A stretch of 63,946 nt of DNA, counting the filler, from an uncultured Methanoregulaceae archaeon (GTDB taxonomy: Archaea > Halobacteriota > Methanomicrobia > Methanomicrobiales > Methanospirillaceae): the NCBI GenBank assembly GCA_964530035.1. It is 4 parts of 4 records of this genome, joined end to end, with 100 filler letters (N's around TTAATTAATTAA, not from the genome) between each part and the next. Parts side by side here need not be neighbours in the genome. Positions count along the whole stretch, not along the records: positions 53,295 to 63,946 come from CAZGXZ010000083.1; 3 more parts are not named here. One strand, 5' to 3'. Of this stretch, positions 59,117-63,946 are shown one piece after another. Position 1 is the first letter of the stretch. Each line of letters opens with the position of its first letter. Below the pieces are notes generated by a model. That model saw only the letters and a program-made list of their open reading frames with translations, was not told the origin of the DNA and made no database searches. A program made the translations under genes and the position numbers.

Positions 59117-59935
59117 CTACCTTCCTTTTCGGCAGCAGTCTCCCGAGATGCTTTCCCTTCCATACAGCTGCTTCAGGTCGTCATTTGCGTCGTACGCGGT
59201 GCAGTCCAGGGTTACAGGCGTGACAGAAACGTTGCCCTTGAAAACGGCATGGGCGTCAGTACCTTCCTCGGCATCGGCAAGGAGCGGACCGTTGATCCAG
59301 TAATACTCGCGGCCTCTCGGATCGAAACGCTGTTCCACACCGGTTGAAAAGAGTTTTCTTGCAAGCCTTGTTATCTCGTAATTTCCTGACCAGCGGGCGG
59401 GAATATTGATATTTATCACATCAGCACTTGCCGGAAAGCCCTTTTCGAGGAGCCTCGAAACAACCGTGCGGATGACCGTCTCGGCATTTTTAAAATCAAG
59501 CATCGAAAGGCTCGGGTCATCGAACTTCTCGCCCTGGTCCTCAACCTGTACGGAAAATGCGACTCCCGGGGCACCCTGGTTCGCAGCCTCGAGAGCGGCG
59601 CCGACCGTCCCCGAGGTCATGATAGACTCGTATGACAGGTTTTCCCCGATATTTATCCCGCTCACCACCATGACCGGGTCGAGCCTGAGCCCGTAAAGGC
59701 CAATGATCACTGCGTCCGTGGGTTTACCTCCAACGGCATAGGCAGCCACCCCGTTCATCGTGACCTTGCTCACCCGGATGGGCTCAAAGATGGAAATGGA
59801 TCTCCCGACAGCACTTTGCTGGGTCGCAGGGGCGACAATGGTCACATCTGCGAGCGGGATCAGGGCCTGGTAGGCCGCCCACAACCCTGCTGAGGAAATG
59901 CCGTCGTCGTTGGTGAGGAGGATCCTGGGTTTCAT
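59117..59935 (-). CDS. surE: 5'/3'-nucleotidase SurE
   Basis: ILLTNDDG, GKPTD, VSGINIG, SGTVGAA. Confidence 0.96.
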   Translation of the reverse strand: MKPRILLTNDDGISSAGLWAAYQALIPLADVTIVAPATQQSAVGRSISIFEPIRVSKVTMNGVAAYAVGGKPTDAVIIGLYGLRLDPVMVVSGINIGENLSYESIMTSGTVGAALEAANQGAPGVAFSVQVEDQGEKFDDPSLSMLDFKNAETVIRTVVSRLLEKGFPASADVININIPARWSGNYEITRLARKLFSTGVEQRFDPRGREYYWINGPLLADAEEGTDAHAVFKGNVSVTPVTLDCTAYDANDDLKQLYGRESISGDCCRKGR

Positions 59936-60025
59936 CGGGTATCACATTTAGAGTGTCAAGGGCATATAGGTGATTATTCAGCCAGGACGCATCCGTCACG
60001 TACATCCCCGGGTACCTCCCATGAT

Positions 60026-60931
60026 ATGGGTATGAAAGTCCTGCTCGCCGAGTACACCATCTTGCGTGACCCACACCTCGCCCCGGAGGGGGCAGCCATG
60101 TTACATGCCCTTATGACAAGCTTCGAACGGGCCGGACACGAGGTAATGACTCCTGAAAAGGGGGACTTTGGGGATGAAATCAGGCGCCTGGCGCCCCTGT
60201 GTGATGCCGGACTGATAATTGCACCTGACCACCTCCTTGCAGGGTTTACCCGCATCCTCGAGCAGGCGACGTGGAATATCGGTTGCGGGAGCCTGAATGT
60301 CGCGGTCTGTGCAAACAAGCAGCTGACCTCATCAATCCTTGCATCGAACGGTATTGATGTCCCTGGTGCACCCGGGGCTTCGAAAAAGGTTATAAAGCCG
60401 GTCAGCGGCTGTGGCTCCCAGGGTGTGAGAGTGACGGCAGAGGATGCAGGCCCCGGGGAAATCAGCCAGGAGTTCATCGAGGGCGAGCATATGAGCGTGA
60501 GTCTCGTCGGCAGCAGGGTCGTCGGCGACGTGTGCGAGTGCTACACGGGAAAACCACCCCTGGTGCTGGCTGTCAATCGGCAGGAAATTGGGATAGCGGA
60601 TGACGGGAGGATCTCTTACCACGGTGGAATAACCCCCGTGAAAGACCACCCGATGGGTGACAGGATTATCGGGACCGCGATAAAAGCGGTAACAGTCCTC
60701 GGATGCCAGGGGTACACCGGGGTCGACATCGTTGCCGGCGATCGGGTCGTCGTCGTGGATGTGAACCCCAGGATTACCACGAGTGTTGTCGGCATCATCC
60801 AGACAATGGACGAGGAACTCGCGGACATCCTTATCGAGGCTTCGTTCGGCAGGGGGCCCGTCGAGGTCCACCACCACGGGACCGCCCGGTTTGATGAAAC
60901 GGGCAGGGTGAAAGCGGATGATCGGGATTGA
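60026..60931 (+). CDS. mfnD: ATP-grasp tyramine--L-glutamate ligase (methanofuran biosynthesis)
   Basis: EGAAML, KPVSGCGS, QEFIEG, YHGG, GYTGVD, DVNPRITTS; coupled to an mfnF-like gene. Confidence 0.8.
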   Translation: MGMKVLLAEYTILRDPHLAPEGAAMLHALMTSFERAGHEVMTPEKGDFGDEIRRLAPLCDAGLIIAPDHLLAGFTRILEQATWNIGCGSLNVAVCANKQLTSSILASNGIDVPGAPGASKKVIKPVSGCGSQGVRVTAEDAGPGEISQEFIEGEHMSVSLVGSRVVGDVCECYTGKPPLVLAVNRQEIGIADDGRISYHGGITPVKDHPMGDRIIGTAIKAVTVLGCQGYTGVDIVAGDRVVVVDVNPRITTSVVGIIQTMDEELADILIEASFGRGPVEVHHHGTARFDETGRVKADDRD

Positions 60932-61835
60932 CGTGGGCGGGGCCAACTTAAAAATCGCTGACGATTCAGGCATCCACGTAATCTATGCACCCTTGTGGAC
61001 GGGCCAGAAGATTGCAGAACTCCTGGAACCGTTTCGTGGGGAGGGAAAACAGGCCGCAGTGGTCATGAGTGGTGAACTTGCAGACTGTTTCCAGACAAAG
61101 ATGGACGGCATCGGGTGGATCGTGCATGAGGTCCTTAAAGTCTTTCCCGAAGCGATTTTTTTTGGGACGGACGGCAGGTTTCACACCCGGCCAGAGCCTT
61201 CCCTGGCTGCTGCAAACTGGCTTGCCCCGGCAGTCCTGCTTGAAAAAACCCATGGAGGGCAGGTTTTCCTCGATATGGGCAGTACGACGACCGATATCAT
61301 TCCATTACACAACGTTCGTGACTTGTACGGATACACGGACATCCAGCGTCTTCGGGAGGGATTTCTTGTTTACACCGGTATGCTCCGGACCAACATCGCA
61401 ACACAGATTCACCACGCCGTGATCGGGGGGATGCCCACCCCGCTCGCCCGGGAGTATTTTGCATGCAGCGCCGATGCACACCTTGTCCTCGGACACATAT
61501 TCCCTGAGGAATATACCGTTCCTCCGCCCGATGGAGGGGAGAAAACCCTCGAAGGTGCAATGAGACGGTTGGCACGGTGTGCCTGTGCCGATATTGACGA
61601 GATAGGAAGAGCCGGGTGTACCGCCATTGCACGTGAGTTCTGGGCGTCGCAGCGATCAGAAGTGACCGGACGCCTCAAGGATGCGGAACTGAGGGGGTGC
61701 CCGGATGGAATCATCACTGCGGGGATAGGAGGAAGGCTGTTCACTTGTTATCCCGGCAGCATAAGTCTTGACAGGGAGTTCGGTTCTTATGCCAATGGTT
61801 TTCCCGCTTTTGCCGTTCGGGAGCTGGCTGGATGA
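60918..61835 (+). CDS. mfnF: Hydantoinase-A-like methanofuran biosynthesis protein
   Basis: GIDVGGANLK, MSGELADCF, AANW, DMGSTTTDIIP, YTGMLRT. Confidence 0.82.
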   Translation: MIGIDVGGANLKIADDSGIHVIYAPLWTGQKIAELLEPFRGEGKQAAVVMSGELADCFQTKMDGIGWIVHEVLKVFPEAIFFGTDGRFHTRPEPSLAAANWLAPAVLLEKTHGGQVFLDMGSTTTDIIPLHNVRDLYGYTDIQRLREGFLVYTGMLRTNIATQIHHAVIGGMPTPLAREYFACSADAHLVLGHIFPEEYTVPPPDGGEKTLEGAMRRLARCACADIDEIGRAGCTAIAREFWASQRSEVTGRLKDAELRGCPDGIITAGIGGRLFTCYPGSISLDREFGSYANGFPAFAVRELAG

Positions 61836-62062
61836 CCCGGCTGGCCCTCACACTGATAGTGCTTGCAGCTTCACTCACGTTCTCAGTCGTCCTCTTTTTT
61901 CTGGGAATCCCGTTCTTCGCCCTCTTCCTGTTCATCCCGCTGGTACCTCTCCTGACCCCCGGGAGAAATGTGAGGACCTGTCCCTCGTGTGGATGGGAAA
62001 CCACAGGCACGGAGAACTTCTGCCCCTACGACGGGGTGCCCCTCACCGGACCGGGCAAATAA
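61832..62062 (+). CDS. Small membrane protein with C-terminal zinc ribbon
   Basis: Two hydrophobic segments then CPSCG..FCPYDG; ATGA overlap with mfnF. Confidence 0.75.
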   Translation: MTRLALTLIVLAASLTFSVVLFFLGIPFFALFLFIPLVPLLTPGRNVRTCPSCGWETTGTENFCPYDGVPLTGPGK

Positions 62063-62572
62063 CTCAGAGAGAGTAATGACCGAAAGGGGAAGTGGCATAC
62101 CATAGAGAGGTAGTGCCGGCACAACCCGCCGTGACATCAGGGCATAGTTCCTGACCGTCCCCCTGTCAATGGAGACCCCCATCTGTTCCATGAGCCGGGA
62201 AGTGCGGTAGAAAGGATAAAACCCAGAAAGAGTACGTGCGAGGTCCACCACCGGAGAGCCGTGGCGGGTTCCCGGATAGAAGGGTTCGTCTGCATACATG
62301 AATGATTTGCAGGCTATGCAGTGATACCTTCCCACCCTGACCCTGACCGTCCGCAGACCCCGTTCTTCGATACAGTTCACGATCTGCTTATCCCGGAAAT
62401 CATGAATCCTCACCGCACCACCACAGACCGGACAGCGTTCAAGACCGGAAAAGACCACTCCGTCGAGCCCTGTAAGAGCGGACATCACAAGACCGGTGAC
62501 CATCAGTGGAACACGAACCAGCATTGCATCCCCGGGTACTGGTAGATGATAGGTTGCTCCTGAATAAGACAA
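61883..62572 (-). CDS. Zinc-ribbon/HTH protein resembling a transposase N-terminus, no catalytic domain
   Basis: CPVCG..RYHCIAC..PFYPGTRHG..GVSIDRGTVRNY; 3' end overlaps the small + strand gene. Confidence 0.6.
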   Translation of the reverse strand: MSYSGATYHLPVPGDAMLVRVPLMVTGLVMSALTGLDGVVFSGLERCPVCGGAVRIHDFRDKQIVNCIEERGLRTVRVRVGRYHCIACKSFMYADEPFYPGTRHGSPVVDLARTLSGFYPFYRTSRLMEQMGVSIDRGTVRNYALMSRRVVPALPLYGMPLPLSVITLSELFARSGEGHPVVGAEVLRACGFPSTRGTGPHISPGGQERYQRDEQEEGEERDSQKKEDD

Positions 62573-62754
62573 CGGTCCAAAGGACCTCGAAGCCGGTTGG
62601 TTCTCATCATGTGACGAAGGGATCCCTTGTGTGGTTCTCCCCGGTGTGTTTCACACGTCCGAAAATGAGAATGAGACAGTCGAATCCGGAACAGCCGGGT
62701 ATATTGAATCCAACGGGACTTCACCCGATATTGCATTTTAGTTTTGCACGGCAT

Positions 62755-62775
62755 ACCTGCTGTGCAAATAACTAT
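62755..62775 (+). promoter_or_regulatory. Conserved promoter element shared with 33430-33450 (minus)
   Basis: Identical 21-mer ACCTGCTGTGCAAATAACTAT upstream of both small TPR paralogs. Confidence 0.7.
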
Positions 62776-62866
62776 TATTCATCAGATGAACCGGACTTCT
62801 GTATTCATCCGCAAAAAATGGAGGTAAACGAGGTAAAACGTCCCCTGCCAGGGGGAGGGCGCGCGA

Positions 62867-63274
62867 ATGAAAACAGAAAAAGAAACGCATACAACCATTG
62901 AAATCATTTCACCCGAGGTCCTGTACCTGCACCGGTATGCAAACGAACTTGCGAGTAAAGGGCTGTTCGAGCAGGCTGTTGAGTATCTGGACAAGGCCAT
63001 CAGCGCCAATCCGGGGAATTCATGTCTCTGGAATGACAAGGGGGTAATCCTCGACGGCTTGGGCCGGACCGCAGAGGCCCTTTCCTGTTACGAGAAAGCC
63101 ATTAAAAATGATCCGTATCATGCAGAGGCATGGTTCAACAAGGGTGTCGCCCTGAGAAAGACAGGGCATAACAAGGAATGTGATACCTGCCACCGTATCG
63201 CATCCTGCCTTGAACAGGGAAGAGACATCCGGTCCCTGTTCCCAAATTTACCAGAACTTAATAAAAAGCATTGA
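62867..63274 (+). CDS. Small TPR protein (paralog of 32929-33330)
   Basis: WNDKGVIL, AEAWFNKG, IASCLEQGR. Confidence 0.88.
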   Translation: MKTEKETHTTIEIISPEVLYLHRYANELASKGLFEQAVEYLDKAISANPGNSCLWNDKGVILDGLGRTAEALSCYEKAIKNDPYHAEAWFNKGVALRKTGHNKECDTCHRIASCLEQGRDIRSLFPNLPELNKKH

Positions 63275-63872
63275 TTAATATATTTCTCTTAGCCGTTTTC
63301 GGATTCTATGAATGCGTGATTTTTTTTCACGTACATCGTTCATTCAGGCATTTGATGGAGTGATATGAGTATCCACGGGCGTGGTCGTATCAATGACAAG
63401 GAACCAATCCAAAAAGAAAAACACCTTTTAGCGGTCTTCAGACGAAAATAATGAAAGAACTGGTTTAGATGCTCCTGTTCAAAGACACCTCGCCCTACCT
63501 TTGATTCACATCCGGGAAATAAACCTAAAGTCCTTGATTCAAGGTACAGGTAAGGACTTTCAATGGCAGACCCAATGCCATAGTTTAAATATCGCGCACA
63601 ATACCTCAATTCCACCAATCGCTTTAATATGCCAGCATATATAATTTCAAGCGTTAATATTTTGATATTTGTAATTTAAATCAAAAAACATTTGAATTTC
63701 CATTCGATTACAGAATTTTAAAATTCAACTTTTTAATTGAAAAATTTCAAAATTTCTGGCGATTTGAAAAAAACGTCTCCTGATGATTTTTACCACCAGG
63801 AATGATCACCGAATTCTGAATGCCATGTACTTAATATAAGTATCTGAATTACCCATGTTTGTTCGAGGTTAC

Positions 63873-63946
63873 ATGATGGACATGAAGTACGTTCAGACCA
63901 CCTGTCCCTACTGCGGGACCGGGTGTTCATTCAACCTCGTGGTAAA
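63873..63946 (+). CDS. fdhA: Formate dehydrogenase alpha subunit, N-terminus (runs off window)
   Basis: [24 protein letters not shown]e-S motif; GAGGT SD. Confidence 0.85.
   Translation, partial: MMDMKYVQTTCPYCGTGCSFNLVV

Noticed and set aside
63340..63618. 92-aa minus-strand ORF in AT-rich DNA
   Set aside because: No recognisable domain or start signals; cannot be supported as a gene.

Overview
Archaeal DNA from a hydrogenotrophic methanogen, most likely Methanomicrobiales (Methanolinea/Methanoregula/Methanospirillum-like, inferred from gene content). The window is four concatenated contigs (1-18275, 18376-36105, 36206-53194, 53295-63946) joined by 100-bp N/TTAATTAATTAA spacers, so adjacency across the joins is meaningless. 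Contig 1: tRNA-Asp, intron-containing tRNA-Tyr, leuA, the rpl15e-RNase P-proteasome-SBDS-rpl37ae-rpo12-pcc1-pfdB superoperon, moaC, nnr, RecJ-like nuclease, NAC, trmI, and a cell-envelope locus with two MspA-like sheath proteins, two small secreted proteins and a TPR lipoprotein. Contig 2: echA start, then accessory surface and signalling genes. Contig 3: cofH, sec11, PolD DP1, hppA, pdxST, cbiB, purA and cdc6 with ORB-like boxes. Contig 4: artA, TFS, ADP-forming acyl-CoA ligase, TBP, rpiA, surE, mfnDF and the fdhA start. The top finding is that leuA has no in-frame start upstream of its catalytic motif. Instead a short leader ORF ending CUU-CUU-CAC-UGA overlaps it, with leuA in the +1 frame, which looks like a leucine-sensing, prfB-like programmed +1 frameshift (a single-base assembly error is not excluded). 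Also notable are a mini-protein carrying only the C-terminal sheath motif, and a modular GC-hairpin repeat found between convergent genes. All family assignments come from motif recognition; no database search was run.
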